DNA of 50,358 nt from Catajapyx aquilonaris (lineage: Eukaryota). The notes beneath the pieces were generated by a model. That model did not search any database, was not told the DNA's origin, and worked only from the letters and a program-made list of their open reading frames with translations. The stretch lies in the NCBI GenBank assembly GCA_000934665.2, contig JYFJ02002815.1:1-50358 (forward strand). The letters run 5' to 3'. The stretch's first letter is position 1. Each line of letters begins with the position of its first letter. Positions 1 to 14,061 of this stretch are shown here, in pieces. The translations under genes were made by a program, and so were the position numbers.

Positions 1-3000
1 TAAAATCCCCTCTCCGGAATGGAACTTACTGGGAGGGAAAGTTATATATACACACACACAGGGTGAATCAGTCAACTTGCAAGCTGTTGCAATATATACA
101 CCCTCGGTGTCGTGTAAACAGTATCAGCAAAATAATTGTAGGCCATGAAAGTTGTGTTATGTCGTACATGTCATCACGATTCCGATCTGAACTGGCGCAA
201 CAAAATTTTATGGAACATCCTGTGGTATAGGAGTGACATACTACAGAGATCGACAAGTGTTTTTTTAATGAAATTGGAGTGCACATTTTTAGTGATCGAT
301 ATCTGAGTGCAGGGATTTTATTATGAAAATCGCCATACAATATCTCTAATAAAATTTTATCGAGTTTTATAACAGTGTAATTGACATGTTCCTGCTTAAA
401 TAATGATGGGTCTGGTACAGAGAGATTATTTAGTACATGGCACCCATCAGGAATGAAACGACAGGAAGGCGTGTCAACTGGGAAGCATTTTCATTCCAGT
501 CAGAAATCAAGAAAAATCTAGGACAGCTTCTGATTAGGTTGAGAAAACTTTCCCATTTTCATTTCTTTCTCTGCCGTGTCCCACATCTGATGCTGAAACG
601 AAAGTAATTTATTTCTTTATGGAACCGCTGAAATTGCAAATGTACGGATTTGTAGCGGGAGATTTTTTTTTGGCTATATTTTGTGCCAGTTTGATTTTGT
701 CATAAATGAAGCCATTAAAATTTTGCATTTTATATGTGACGACAGGTCGCGTGAAAATGCATTGTTTCTGGTAATTGTAATAATATATTACTGGGTATTA
801 TCACTCCTGTTATAAATATGTTTAAACGTCTATATGTATAGCCACAATTTAATGTGACGATTAATTATTTTCTGATATCCTGTAGCCTTGGCCCTCGCGT
901 CATTCGAATGCGAGCCTCCTGAAAATAATCATGAAAAGGAAAGGTACAAAACGCTAAGGTAAGCACATTTTTGAATGACGTAATGATATTTTAAAAATAG
1001 ATTTAACGACTTTTATGAGTGATTTTTTTTTCTTCCAATTCCAGATCTGAGATCCATTGAAGCGAGTGTCTTTGGCGGTTTGCGGCACTTGAAGTACTTG
1101 CTTGTAATTATTTTTTATTGTGGTCGAAAAGAGAGTGAAAAACTGTTGCAGTTAACCAGCTGTAGATACGCACAACCTTCCAACTGGTTCAGTGGACAAG
1201 ATATTTTCCTCCTCAACTCGACGACCATACTCGATCAACAAGGGTCCATTTTTTTAAAAACGTTGCAGATTTAAGAGAAAAAAAAAAACATGTTCTTACA
1301 ACAATGTAGCCATAAAAATTTATTATTTTTTTCCGTGTCCGTGTGATGGAACAAGATGTAAAAACACTTTTTATGATTTCGTACGTGCAAAAAAAAAAGA
1401 GTGTAAGTGTTCGTGGCGTGTTTGGTGACTCTGGTGCCTTGTGACAGTGGTTACTGTGCGTCCTAACGGCCAAAGTGTGTCATCGGGTCACGAATTTTTT
1501 CCAAACAAAAAAAAATTATTTAAAGAAATCTATCCTCCCGCATGCGAAAAAGATTGATTAGCGTTTTCCGTTTCGCCAAACTTGCTTTTTTTCGCAGGGT
1601 TTCAGTGTAAGGAGCGGAGAGATCTTGGTAGGGAAGGGTAAGGGGGGGAGGAAAAACATGCCAAATCTTCTCATGCAAATGGACTCTGCCCTCCTTTTTT
1701 CCGCGAAAAAAAAATCTGCACGTTGAATCCATTTGGCTCGACAAGCTCCATCCCCACCATTCAAGGCCCCAACTTTTCGTAAGCATGAAAAGTCTAGAGG
1801 GAAAAAAGCCTTAGCCCTCATGTTATTCTGGGCAACCCTGCTTACTAACGTGCGAAAAACACCATTGTGGAGATAAAAAAGTAGCAGATTTCTTTGCACG
1901 AAAAATGGCACCGATATTCCTCCTATTGTTTCTATTTTTTTATTGAGATATTCACAACATTCCCTCTCAATGCTGCTCTTGAAATATTTGAGTTTATTTT
2001 GTGTCAAAACATTTCAGCTACTTTACCCAGAGGTGTTACCTGGAGCTGGATGTTTCTCAGTTCGTTGTTTTTGTCCGACACTTTTGGGCCTTTTGACCAA
2101 AAGTCAGCAGTCTAGTCAATTTTTGCGTATTAATCGGGTCATCAAGGATTCTCTCCAGGTCAAGCAGGAGGCATATAGCCATAAATTACTAATTGCAGGA
2201 CAACCCCTCGCTATGAACAAATGAAAAAGTACTTAAAGTAGAAAGTAAGATAAGTCGATGGGTAATTACATTTAATTATGAGAGGGACTGGTGACCTATG
2301 ATGACCCGACTAACCTAGTAACTGATAACCATGGCAGGCAGAGTACCTCCCTTTTTTTTAAAGGTAGCTTTTTTGACATTAATTTTACTCAACTGTAGCG
2401 TAATTCAATTTACAACTGACTTTAAAATACGATCAAGTATGCTGCGAGCGAACACAGCTTTTTTTTTATTACGACGGGAATGAATGATCGTACGAAGACA
2501 ATCCTTTGTATAATGAGTGTAAGTTGGGCAACTTTTCAATTTCCCCGAGTCAGAATGGTTGTTTTTTTCTTTCATGAAAAAAGCCAAGACGGGTATAATT
2601 CCTGCACAAATTTATTCCCCTCTCTCATCATTTTTACCCCCCCTCGAAATCCATCAATAACACTCATAAATATTCGAGAGCCCAAGTTAGTCATTGACTA
2701 TTCATTGGTAACGTGTAAGTCCCGAGTGTGCGTATGATATGTATGATGTGTTTGTGCGGTTTTTTTTGTTTTTTTGTAATTCCTTTTGTGGTACAAAATG
2801 AAATCTCTCCCCCCAAACCCTTTCCTCAAAAAAAAAAAAAAAAAAAAAATCCACCCAAAACCCTATATTCCCTCCATTTTTTTCAGCCTCGATTATCCCC
2901 AGTGTAAATACAGTATTTCTCATATTTTCTTGCAAGTGTATATATTTGTGTGGAGATTATCTGTAGAGAACTGGAAGAAAAAGTAATTAAAACGGACTAC

Positions 3001-6000
3001 GAGTCGATAATTCTGAGTCATTTTTTTCCCATGTTTGTACCAAGTCGTAATGAGCAAGAAGTGTTATCCAGGCAGATTTTCCTGCTGAGTGTTGGAATGT
3101 GCCCAAATTATATCGGAAACTGGCCAACATGCCCTACAGGATGTTTTACAAACACGATGCCAAAATCACAACTCCAGCTGTGCACCATTACCTTTTACTA
3201 GGTCGAGGTCATAACAAATGCTGGATCAGTTTTAGGGGAGAAAATGCGCCCCCATTCATGACTCATACCAATCGCAGAAGTGGCATTGAAATAATTATGA
3301 TTCATTTGGCATGCAACTCTGGTGTCCTCCAAACACCTGTCTGTAGGTCACCATCTGCAACTTGCCAAAATTTGGGTCATCGTAACACCTTACTGCAAAC
3401 CGCACCTCAATCTTTTCAAACCCTATTTTTTATCCTTACATCTCGAATGAGGGTGGTGTATATCTGAACATGCACAAGTGTTCGTAAGAGCAGTGGGTTG
3501 GTAGATGTGGCGGGTTTTTTTTTTGTGGTGGCTGCTTTTTGTGTGCAGTTGCAGGTGTTGAGGCAGAGTGTGTGTTGGCAAAAATCCGATGCTGCCCAGT
3601 TATTATTTTATCTACGTGCTGTCGAGGTATGTACAGGCCAGTTCACTGCCCATGTGACATGTTCACATTGTGTCTTACTTTTAACCCCAGTTTAACCTTA
3701 TGAATTTGGTCTAAGAATGGCTCATGTCCAGTTTGAAACAGAGTCCTTTTGGGCCATTCAATTGTTACATTTACAAATATTTATTACATAGATAATAATT
3801 TTAAAAAATATCACACCCCCAGCAGGTTCGTATTACGAGGTTAAACTGGTTGCTGGAATAAACAATTTGTCGCCTCACCCTGTTGACTGGAACAGCACAC
3901 ACATTTTAGTAGCCCATTTGACAGGCAGCTTTGCCTCTCCAAAAAATTAATTACAGCGAGTTACGTCCATTTGGGGGGGNGGAGGTTCAGCTTTGGGGTA
4001 CTTGGGAGGCGTGAAAATCGGCAAATTATTATTTTTTTGTTATTGTGGTCCATGCGCCTCCCTGTTAATGGAGCTTACAAATGTTTGTGGTGAATCAATC
4101 CAATTGCGTGCAAATATTAGTTTCATTTTGAAACGCAACATTGGCCAATATGAGCTGGCCGTTTGTTTGCTCTGGGGACCGGCACAGTTGCGCTAATCAA
4201 GAGAGGAGGGGGATTGGTGGTGGGGGTGGGAAGGGTGTTATTTGCGCTAAAAAGCGGCCGTTTTGCAGACTACCCCTCCCACAGCACCCGGTTGTTGTTA
4301 CTGCCACGGCACAAAACCCACAATGCAGTGATACATCTGGCATCCAGAGCGTTTCAAAAGAATCGCTTTACATGAATGGGGCTAAAGGGCTGCATTATGC
4401 TGTGTACTGTCGTGGACAAAAGGTTTGAAGTTGAGGCTTTATGTCAGGCTTTCATTATGCTATGAATCATACACACCAGAGGATGTCACTTGGTTATAGG
4501 AATTAAACGTTGAAGTTTGTGTGAATGATTAAGTAACACCCTGTAAAAGGCTTTGGTTCCATGCATGCCAATTGAAGCTCTCAAGATGGATAGCGATCCA
4601 CAGGTGGGTCGCAAAGGTTGGGGTGCCTACCCACACAGCCCAAGCTCACATACCTCTGGCCTAAATGCAAATCATTAGCAATTATGAAAAGGCTAAAAGA
4701 GACTCATCCAGACTCTTGGCCATCCTATTGGTCAATATTACTAGCCAGGATTTACTACTTACTTAATTTCGGACTGAATAGTAATGATGTGTGCAATATG
4801 TACGTAGAATCAGAAAAGTTGAGTCACCCTCTAAAAAAAATCTCCCTATGTTCCCCAAATTCTTGCTTAATTGCTGACAGCAATGTTTCGAATTAAAGCT
4901 GCCGGACGAAGTTTTTTGTGACTAAGGCTAACCCCTCAGACAAAGCAGAAAGTGCTTCGAGATGACTATTGCGTATGAGAGAGGAATTTTTATCCTTTAC
5001 GGTCAATTTTCCACACCTGCGGTTACTCATAAGAGTGTACACCTGTTGCTTGGGACTATCATCAGCACACTACTGCTACAAAAATATATTAATTCAATAT
5101 ATGGTTGCTTAATTGTAATTAATTAAGCCAAAAAATGAATGAATTGCACATTTTTCCAAGTTGCTTTCAAACAAACACAATTTCCGAGCACTTCGATCGC
5201 ACCATGGTGTTATTAAAAAATGCACACCAAAAAACACTTGTGCATCTCTGTATACCTGCACGTACCTGAATGCTGATCTGAAAATGAACAAGATTAAACA
5301 CATGAAATGCAATTTACACTCTTGATATCGACCTACAAAATATACGTATCCGGGCCATACTGGTATATGCGCATAATTATCTCCCTGGACAGTATTTATT
5401 ACTCAAATTGAAAGCAATTACAGTGCTTTCTTCTATACGCAAAGTTACTGCAAAAACAGTAAGCATGACTTCGTCAGCTTTCAAGCAATGTAATGTTCTA
5501 TACAAAAAAAATCAACTATGTGCTGTTCATGCCTATACGTACACTCGTATACAACTGTCTAAAGCGTGTAAATAACTGGTGCTGTAATATTTCATGTCAT
5601 GCATCATTTTGGAAGTGACAGATGCCCGGGGTCATCTCACAACACTCTCTGAATCCACCCTCGCACATTGCATTATATTCGGATGACTTTTACGAACCCT
5701 TCTTCTCACCTTAACTGACCTTCGAAGCATCGATAACCATGAGGCACGATGAGTACTCCGGACATACCCGAGACACGTCGGGTGTATACGCACACGGAGA
5801 CATTATATGCCAAGTGAAGGCTATAATGAGACACGCGGGATATGATACCCAGGCGAGACATTGTATTCCATCGCAACTCATCGCGTGACCGCATGATGAG
5901 AGTTCAATGAAGTCTTCTGTCCATCGGTGGTCGTGCGGTACAGGGTGCGCCTACTCGGGACCCGGTCGAAGGTCATCCCAATGAGAAACCAATAGCACTA

Positions 6001-6277
6001 GTTTTGTCATCTCATAAAAGACAGACTCGCAATTCTGTGTTGCTTTAAGTATTAATTCATAAAATGACAATTATCACAATATTTCAAAATTGATTGCACT
6101 TCAAAGGGAGGTGCGGCAGCCAAAAACAGTTAACCTTGTGATATACCAAGAAAGCATGTATCATTCACTCTACATATTACGCTGGTTTACCATTATCTTG
6201 TGCGTAAGACATGATAAGATATGTTCAATCTCTTTGTGATGGATAATGTGCGTTGGCACCTTCCAAGTTGCTGAGTC

Positions 6278-9200
6278 ATGTCTTGGAGCAATGGCGACGA
6301 GGTGTTTGTCGGTGAGGGTCAGCTGGTGGTCACTCCGACCAAGAGCATCAAGAAGGGGGCCACCCATCAGCATCTCAACGCCCTCCGAGGTCAGATGGAC
6401 CAGAGTGACTGTATAGAAGGGTAGGCTTTGAGTATATTTAAAAGTCACTGAAATACTGACCTGGTCCAGCAGTGGTCAACTCTGTTAGAATCAAACGCAA
6501 TTACATGACAAAAAATTAATGAGAATGTTATGTAGTGGGCCAGAATCAGACCAAGTCCAGTTTCTTCAGTGTCGTGTAAATGTCCCAATTTTAACCTTGC
6601 TTTTCGCGTTTTGATCAGGGATGGTGATGCTTTGTTGAAGAAGGCCTGGCTCAAGATGCGTCGAGACAGTGAGTCGACGTCTTTGGCCACGTTTGAAGGT
6701 TTCCTGGGAGGGGTCCTGGAGGAGCTGAGGGAGGTTCGTTGGGAACAGGACAGCTTGCAAAAGGCAGTCCTGGCCAAGACCGAGGCTCAAGAAGAGCAGT
6801 TGTCCAGGCTTTTCCAAGAGGTAGAAACCACGTTCCAGGAAGAAAGGGAGAGGATACTTAGAGAGGTCGGTACATCTTAATGTTTCCCCAATCATTAAGT
6901 ACCTTGCAATTAATTAAGTGGAAACGGGTGTTGTAGGGTCCTACACGACCTATAGACGCAGATCAGCATAGTTGTTTTGAAACTACAGGTGCAACATGTG
7001 TTTTCAAATAAAAATTTTATACACTCAACAAGTAGCAGAACTGACAAACATATTTTTTTGAATTGCACGTGACATGCAAAATGTTGAAATAGTAAATGTT
7101 TTTATCTACAAAATAATTTAAGCAAAACGTGTGTGCGCAATCATAATCAGAATATCAAATGGCATGTACTGCCTTTCCCCTACAACAAAAAAAATGATAA
7201 TGTGCCTGGGCGGAAGAGTGTGGCGATAAGATAAGCTCAGGAATTCTGTTTAAGTGTTACTCGTGACTGGATGGTGTTGCAGGAACGCAGGCATGAGCGT
7301 GTCCTGCGACTGGAGGTGGAGAAGGAGTTGTCGCACAAGGATTCCCAGCTGCAGGACATACTTCAGATGCAGCAGGAACTGGCCGAGAACCTGAAGCAGC
7401 TGAACGCCACCGAGGCCAAGATTAAGGAGGAGAACCTGAAGCTGAGGAAAGAGAAGGAAGACCTGGAGCAAAAAGTGGAGATCCAGCAGTCTGAAGTGAG
7501 CAGCTTGCAAGCAGCCCTGCAGAGAATACACCATGACGCCAAAGGAGATAGAAGACAAAGGGCTCTAGAGGTCCTCAGAGCATCTGAAGGGGTTGCTCTA
7601 GAGAGGGAGAGTATGTGTTGACCTGATCGAAACAATAGCACTTGGACTTAACTCTTGTTTTTTGGGCAGGTCTGGTGAAGCAGCTAGGACTGCTAAGGGC
7701 CATCAATGCGCAGCTAATGGACGAGAAGGATGTGCAGAAGGAGATGATGGCACACAACTACCAGAGGAACTCGGGCAGCTTTTCTTCTATGAAGGATATG
7801 GAGGAAAGGAGGATCAGCCAAATGTCTTCGGCTTCAGATTATTGCAGCATGTCCAGGTAAATATAGCAGCTTTCTTTCAACCAATTCAGTTAGAGATGAG
7901 TAATGATCTTCCCACTTTTTATGGCCAGAATCAGGATTATTAACTCTACAATAATTAAAGGTTACTAGGCTTGATGATCATGCACAACCTTACTGCTGGT
8001 ATACAGTACTATATGCTATAACTTACAATATATTGCCCTAAATTACTTTTTATGCATTGAGTGCATATCCAGCATTGCAACGATGTAGTGTAATGTGTAT
8101 GGTACATTTTTACAGCTGTATCTAGTATTACTCGTATTTGAAGGTTTAAAGAAAACTATTTTTAAACTCATTACTACAGAATGAGAATTTGATAATTTTT
8201 TGAAAACTTGAAATGTTGAAATTATGGATATGGTGTGGATCTATAAGTGGCAATAATTTAATTGCAGCCAAGCTCAAGGACTAGCAAGCCCAGCCAACGA
8301 GGTTCAACACCATTACAGCACTGATGACGAAGAAGTGATTACCAGCTGCACCTCTCATGACACCGCAGTCAAAACGGCTGTAATTGCTACTAACAATCAT
8401 TCAAGCAGCTTACTTGAAGAGCTCAAGACCAGTGCCAGTGAATGCGATAATGCCAAGGGTTGCACGGATGAGGTCTCTCTCTCTGGCTGCTCTGCACCAC
8501 TGCTGGTACAGAAGGGGGTGTTTCCTATCACGAGTCAGTCAGAAGAAGGGTCAGCCAGCTCCTCTGATGCAGACATCAGTGACGTTAACACACCTGATGT
8601 GTATGACACTGCTGGACTTAGGTACACTAAACTAACCTAGTGTTGTTACAGATTTTAATCAAAATATTGCAATATTATAAGCTACTCATTTTGCAGAAAT
8701 CTGCAGGCAATATCAGTAATACCGGTACTCTTCCAGAAAAGTGCAAATGGAATTATGCATGAAGTAGTAATCCAAAGGTGGTGTCTTAAACAGTTACTTT
8801 TGCACAGTTACTGCTAATTGTTATCAAATATATTAGCTGCTAATATAATGGCAAACTTAATCATCCATTCCAGATCTGACTTGTGAACTCCCAAATAGTT
8901 CTAATAACCTAATATTACAGATAACCAATGAGAGTAGCTGTTTTAAAATAAGCATAATCAGACGAGTATTTTGTATCACCCTGTCTATTCATAGACACTT
9001 ATTGCTCTGTATTTTTCTGTAATTTCAATTTCACTAATTTTTGGGAAGGATTTTTATTGAATTTTCCTTCTCATTATGAAGTGGTTTTATGAGCTTGCGT
9101 TTATTTAGCAAGCAGGCCATTATACCCATTATGGGCATTAGAGAAGAATGGCACATTATTAGCACTGCGGTCTATTGTATTATTTTTAGTGTGCTGTGAA

Positions 9201-10563
9201 ATGTGTCAACACTTTGTCCAAAGGTGACCATGCAAATTGCATAACCCAATTTTTCAGGGTAAGAAGACGGACCTCCATCCGAAGGGCATCCATGGTATCA
9301 CCAACTATGTCAATGACAAGAGCCCATGGTCGCAACAGTCTGTCCCGAGATTCGATTCCGTGTCCCCAACGAGTATTCAAGATTGTGGTGATTGGTGACT
9401 CTAGTGTTGGGAAAAGCTCGTTTATCCACAGGTTTTGCCAGGGACACTTCCAACCCTCCTTCACGGCTACGTTAGGTGTTGACTTCCACATGAAGACTGT
9501 TATGGTTGGAGACAGGACAGTGTGTCTACAGATATGGGACACTGCCGGACAGGAAAGGTACCACAGCATCACAGCACAGTACTACAGGAAAGCAGATGGT
9601 GTCCTTGTTGTTTATGATGTCACATCAGAAGAGTCATTTAAGCACATCAGGCACTGGATATCTTGTGTTAAGGTTAGGATAATATGTTGTACAGTACTTA
9701 TATGCGATCATATTCTAGTTAAAATTGATCAGTGTAGAACTGTAGAGGAGGTAAGTATTCCACAAAAATATAGTTTTACATAAATGACATGTATATGCAA
9801 GACTGTATTCACACTGTATTGTTATTTCTTGTTATTTGAAAAATTGAAAAGAAAATGTTGGTTAACTTTAGCAAAACTTAACCTTATTGAAAGATGATCC
9901 ATAATTCATTATTATGAAACTTCCATAGTTCAATGAGTGTTGTACTCAACGGTGTCTTTCCATAATTTATTGATGATAGTGACTTTATTTGACAGGACGG
10001 TGCAGGAGACAGCGTGTTGGTACTGGTTGTTGGTAATAAGGCCGATCAATCTGGAGCTCGGGTAGTGTCTGAACTAGAGGCTAGCAAGGTAGCTGAGGTA
10101 TGTGGTAGCCAAATATTAACATGGCCTTTTTACAAATTTGCACATGTGGCAAAAATTTTAGGCGCAATCAAATATTTAATCTGGGTGTTCAAAATGGCAA
10201 TGGCATAAAGTCGCAACATTAATTAGCCTACTGCCAGTTGCATCATTGCAGAATAAAAGCAAATATAGAACATACCAGTGCATGAAGTCAACATGAATAT
10301 CTGCAGTCACAACAGCTTTTATGAATATATTGCCCTTTTATTATGCCTGTTGCCTGTCATATACTTGCATGATTATTATTATGCCATTTTTCTTGTAGCA
10401 CGAAGGAGTACTTTTTATGGAAGCAAGTGCAAAAACTGGCAAATGTGTGAACGAGGCCTTCCAAATAGTGGCGTCACTTCTGAGGGAAAGGCAAGACGTG
10501 GACATGGCCAAGGCATCAGTCCTTTCTGGAGTCCATCCAAGGCCCAAAAAGAGTTGCTGCTGA
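6278..10563 (+). CDS. Large Rab GTPase of the RASEF(Rab45)/CRACR2A(Rab46)/Rab44 class: coiled-coil + C-terminal Rab domain, about 646 aa, 8 coding exons, no EF-hand found
   Basis: Phase-consistent GT-AG exons 6278-6420, 6619-6865, 7283-7610, 7670-7856, 8268-8621, 9258-9672, 9996-10097, 10399-10563 (1941 nt). Rab motifs: G1 GDSSVGKS, G2 TLGVDF, G3 WDTAGQE, G4 GNKAD, G5 EASAK, and a KKSCC* prenylation tail. Coiled-coil segments 'WLKMRRDSE..FEGFLGGVLEEL..LFQEVE' and 'ERESLVKQLGLLRAINAQLMDEKD' resemble the RASEF/CRACR2A family. Confidence 0.88.
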
Positions 10564-10822
10564 TCTGGACAACTGCATGTGTCAAATGTACAAAGGGTAA
10601 CCCAAAGTTTAGACAATCTAGTTTTTATTGAAAAGTCTGTATAACATAAGAGAACACATTTTTTCACATTTGACCCAAATGCAACAATAATAATGCAATT
10701 TTTTGTCAATAGTAAACATAGTGTTCTAGTACAATATTTTAACAAATGCAACAAAAGACAAACACATATGTTAGCATTTTCCATATAACCTGCTAAAAAA
10801 TTTAATATTTTTCAAACTTAAA

Positions 10823-10828
10823 AATAAA
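10823..10828 (+). other. Candidate polyadenylation signal (AATAAA) of the Rab-like gene
   Basis: AATAAA about 260 nt after the TGA at 10561-10563. The region is AT-rich, so this is not unique. Confidence 0.4.
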
Positions 10829-13800
10829 ACAATCGCACAAATATTTATGGATTTGTATTGCATGAAACCCTTACTTTAAGATCCATTCACAGAACCACTA
10901 CTTTTTGCACACTCTAGAAGTCTAGAATCATAATTTAATTGTTACAATTGCTTTGATTATAATGTAATTAATACAAATAGGTTCTAAAGCTCTCTTTAAA
11001 AAAAGCTGTCGCATTAAATGAGAGTTTAATTGTGCAAAAAGTAAATAATAATTATACTACATGAAAGCTGTGACATACCATTCAACATTTGAATAAGCTT
11101 AACCATTGTAATCAGTGCAATATGAATTCAAACTGTTCAACTAAACCAGTAAAATATTACCTACATGTCATTCACACTGTGCAGTTAAGGTTTAACCACA
11201 CTTTCAACATACACACACACACAAAGAGCTAACCTCGCTATTTACAATTCACCGGGGTTACATCTCTGCCAGCAGGTTAACTGCTGGATTACTTAAACAT
11301 AACATGATATATGAAACAGGATAACAAGCTCTACTACACTACAGTCTACATGGATGAGATTACTTGATTGAGGTATGGTCATATGTTGAAACCTATTCAG
11401 ATAGAAAGGTTGTAAATCATCGGTAATTACACAGGTGGAAATATGCATAATGCGTGGCAGTAGGCCTACATACTTTTCTGATTTGTGGCTGCTCTCATGT
11501 GAATCTCATCTTGCATCGGGCCATCTTATTTGTGATCTTGTTAAACTGGAGTGACTGCAAAAGCAATATAAATAAGTTCACTGATCTGTACTTTAAAATA
11601 TTGCAGGTCATGCTATTCAAATAGACAAATCCTGGTGACTGGCTGATTTATAATGTGAACAGAAAGGTTGCCAATATTTCAGAATATTGCGATGTTCACC
11701 ACTACTGCCAACAGTAAATACAACATGCCTTTAGCCAACATACCTTTAGAGTCTGTGGTTGCAATCTAGCCTGGTCCATTTTCTCTGGTCTGCCCCGGAT
11801 TCTTCTGGAGCGGTTTTCGGAAGAGGACCTTCCGGATTCGAGTCCCAAGTGCAAAGTGTCTGGAAACCGCGACCACTTCCGCGCCCCTCCCCGAAAAATC
11901 TCTCAAACCCAACCCCTCCACCAGCATGAAATTCTCCCAAAGTATTTTCTCTCTGAAAAGGAAGGCCCAACCTTGACCTGCCAAGGCTTTCACAGCACAG
12001 GGGGACTCCGACGGGGCATTGCGTTACACCAGAAGAGAAAACAGAAGTCCTCCGAGAGCATTCAACTCACTGAAGGCCAAGATTTTGACCAATCCCGTTG
12101 CAAGGGCATACCAGATATACGGTTTTATCGGGACTCCTTTGAATCACTGCTGCACTAACCTTGGGTGTCACACACACACACACACTCGTCATATTACATA
12201 TCTTTTAATAAAATATCTGCAGAGTGTGAAGTGACAGTATGAATTATTTCGTAATGAATAGTTCGTGCAATTGATTTTCATAACCGTTATCACTACTGCT
12301 AACTTGTGATGTCATTTGGACCATTACAAAAATTGGAGCAACGGCGTAATGTTTGTTGGTGTCGGTTCATAAGGCGTCCTGGGAAAATAGTTTAACGGGA
12401 TCTCTGTTTTGTGACCAAGGTCAGACAGGCCTCGAGGGTATGTTGACCCCATCCACCGACAAGTTTTGTCTCTGGGTATAGGAAGTCCTTCACAAATCGG
12501 GGGCTGGGTTTTGGGGGGTTAGAAACTTGCTGGGAAGGACAAAAACAGCTGGGTTCCGACCCGAGATTAGTACACTCAAATAACGTAATCTTATCGGGGC
12601 CCAGCGTCATAACAAATTATCTGGAGCACTTGAAGCTCACTTCTTGGAAAAACAGTTGTTGACACAATCATTTCCTGTGCACCAGACATAATTATCCGGC
12701 TCGTGAGTAATAAAACCTCTGCTAAAATTATCCGAACATATTCTTGTTCTTATGCATGCAACAGTGTGTCATTTTGCTGTAAAATATTGTCGTTTCCAGA
12801 TGCATATTTCTAGGGTTTCGTTGCATTTTGTGGTCAGCAGGTCACCATATGGCATTTTCCGCATGTTGTACTGCCCAGAAATTTGGGAAGAAAAACCCGA
12901 ATCTTGAAAGCTGTCTTTTGTGTGACGCAACCGAAACCGTCTGGGGGACCGACCCTTTTGCACAAAGGTCTTTTCAAAGTTTCCAAAGCGCTCGGGGAAG
13001 GGGAAGGAAACTTGAAAAATATCTCCAGGGCAAAATCTTCGTGACCATTTGGTAGTCCACCGACTTGAATTGGTCACAAAGAAGACATCGCCACCCTTGT
13101 CAAAAAAAAGGGTGGTAGCCAAGCCCCCCATAAAACCGGTGAGGTCAACCTTGACTGGACGCTGGGCCCCCCTAGAGTATATACAGGTGGAACAGGTAAA
13201 CACGCGTTGCAGGTCAAATGGAGCAAATGACAACAACAAGTGTCGAGAAAAGTAACTCTTTACGCCCCCCCGAGGGGTAGTTGTAAAAGGTGACAACAAT
13301 ACAAGGAGGGTTTGATTTTTGAAAGGGTTGATTCTGGGGCTACAAGCCGGGCTTTTCTCTGGTGGTAATTTGGACGGTAAATATTTACCATGCAACATGT
13401 CAAGATGGTTTTTCGGTTATTACTATACCTCAGCTGATGGAATATTGTGGCTGACAGGTAGGAAACATTCCGAACCGGAATATTTTATCGTATATGCATG
13501 GCAATGTCATTGATAGGTTGTGTGGGCCAGGTATTGCTGCAAAAGAGCTGATGGGTTCACTTAATAATCGCATTTAGTTGTAGGAGAAAGTTGGGATAAT
13601 AAAGCATGAACACAAACGATATTAATATTTAATAAAATTTAAAAGAAAATAGTAAAAATAGCTATACAACCAACGCAACTATAAAATATGCTATAGTTTA
13701 AGGCACAATATATTATTTCAGGTTTATACTTATCAGGACGCCACTTACCATATCAGTTATGCGGGCAAGATTAGAACCCAATTAATACCGATTAATGCTA

Positions 13801-14061
13801 TAAATTTTTACCGTGGGGACGGACTTAGGACCTTCATTTTACCACTGATTGTCTTACCTGGCTTGTCGCTTGATGGCCAATCTGCCAATGCTTGCAAATA
13901 ATATTATATACTGTTTGTGAAAACTTTCCTGCGAAGCTACCTCGCTTTGTCATACGTTTGATCGACATTGTTAGCCACATGTTGTATACATACCCTACAT
14001 GATACATTATTTGTTATGCTACTGCCTCATATGTGGCTGCCAGGAGATGGACATAGTCATG

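Noticed and set aside
1..6200. Many short ORFs and a CpG-richer patch at 5700-5990
   Set aside because: No recognisable domains or phase-consistent exon chain. Mostly repeat fragments, with homopolymer-rich stretches and an N at 3980 that suggest lower sequence quality.
12769..13398. 209-aa minus-strand ORF as an intact gene or as the Relish ankyrin/death domain
   Set aside because: No ankyrin consensus (TPLH), and the protein-like segments switch frames. It is kept only as an unexplained decayed block.
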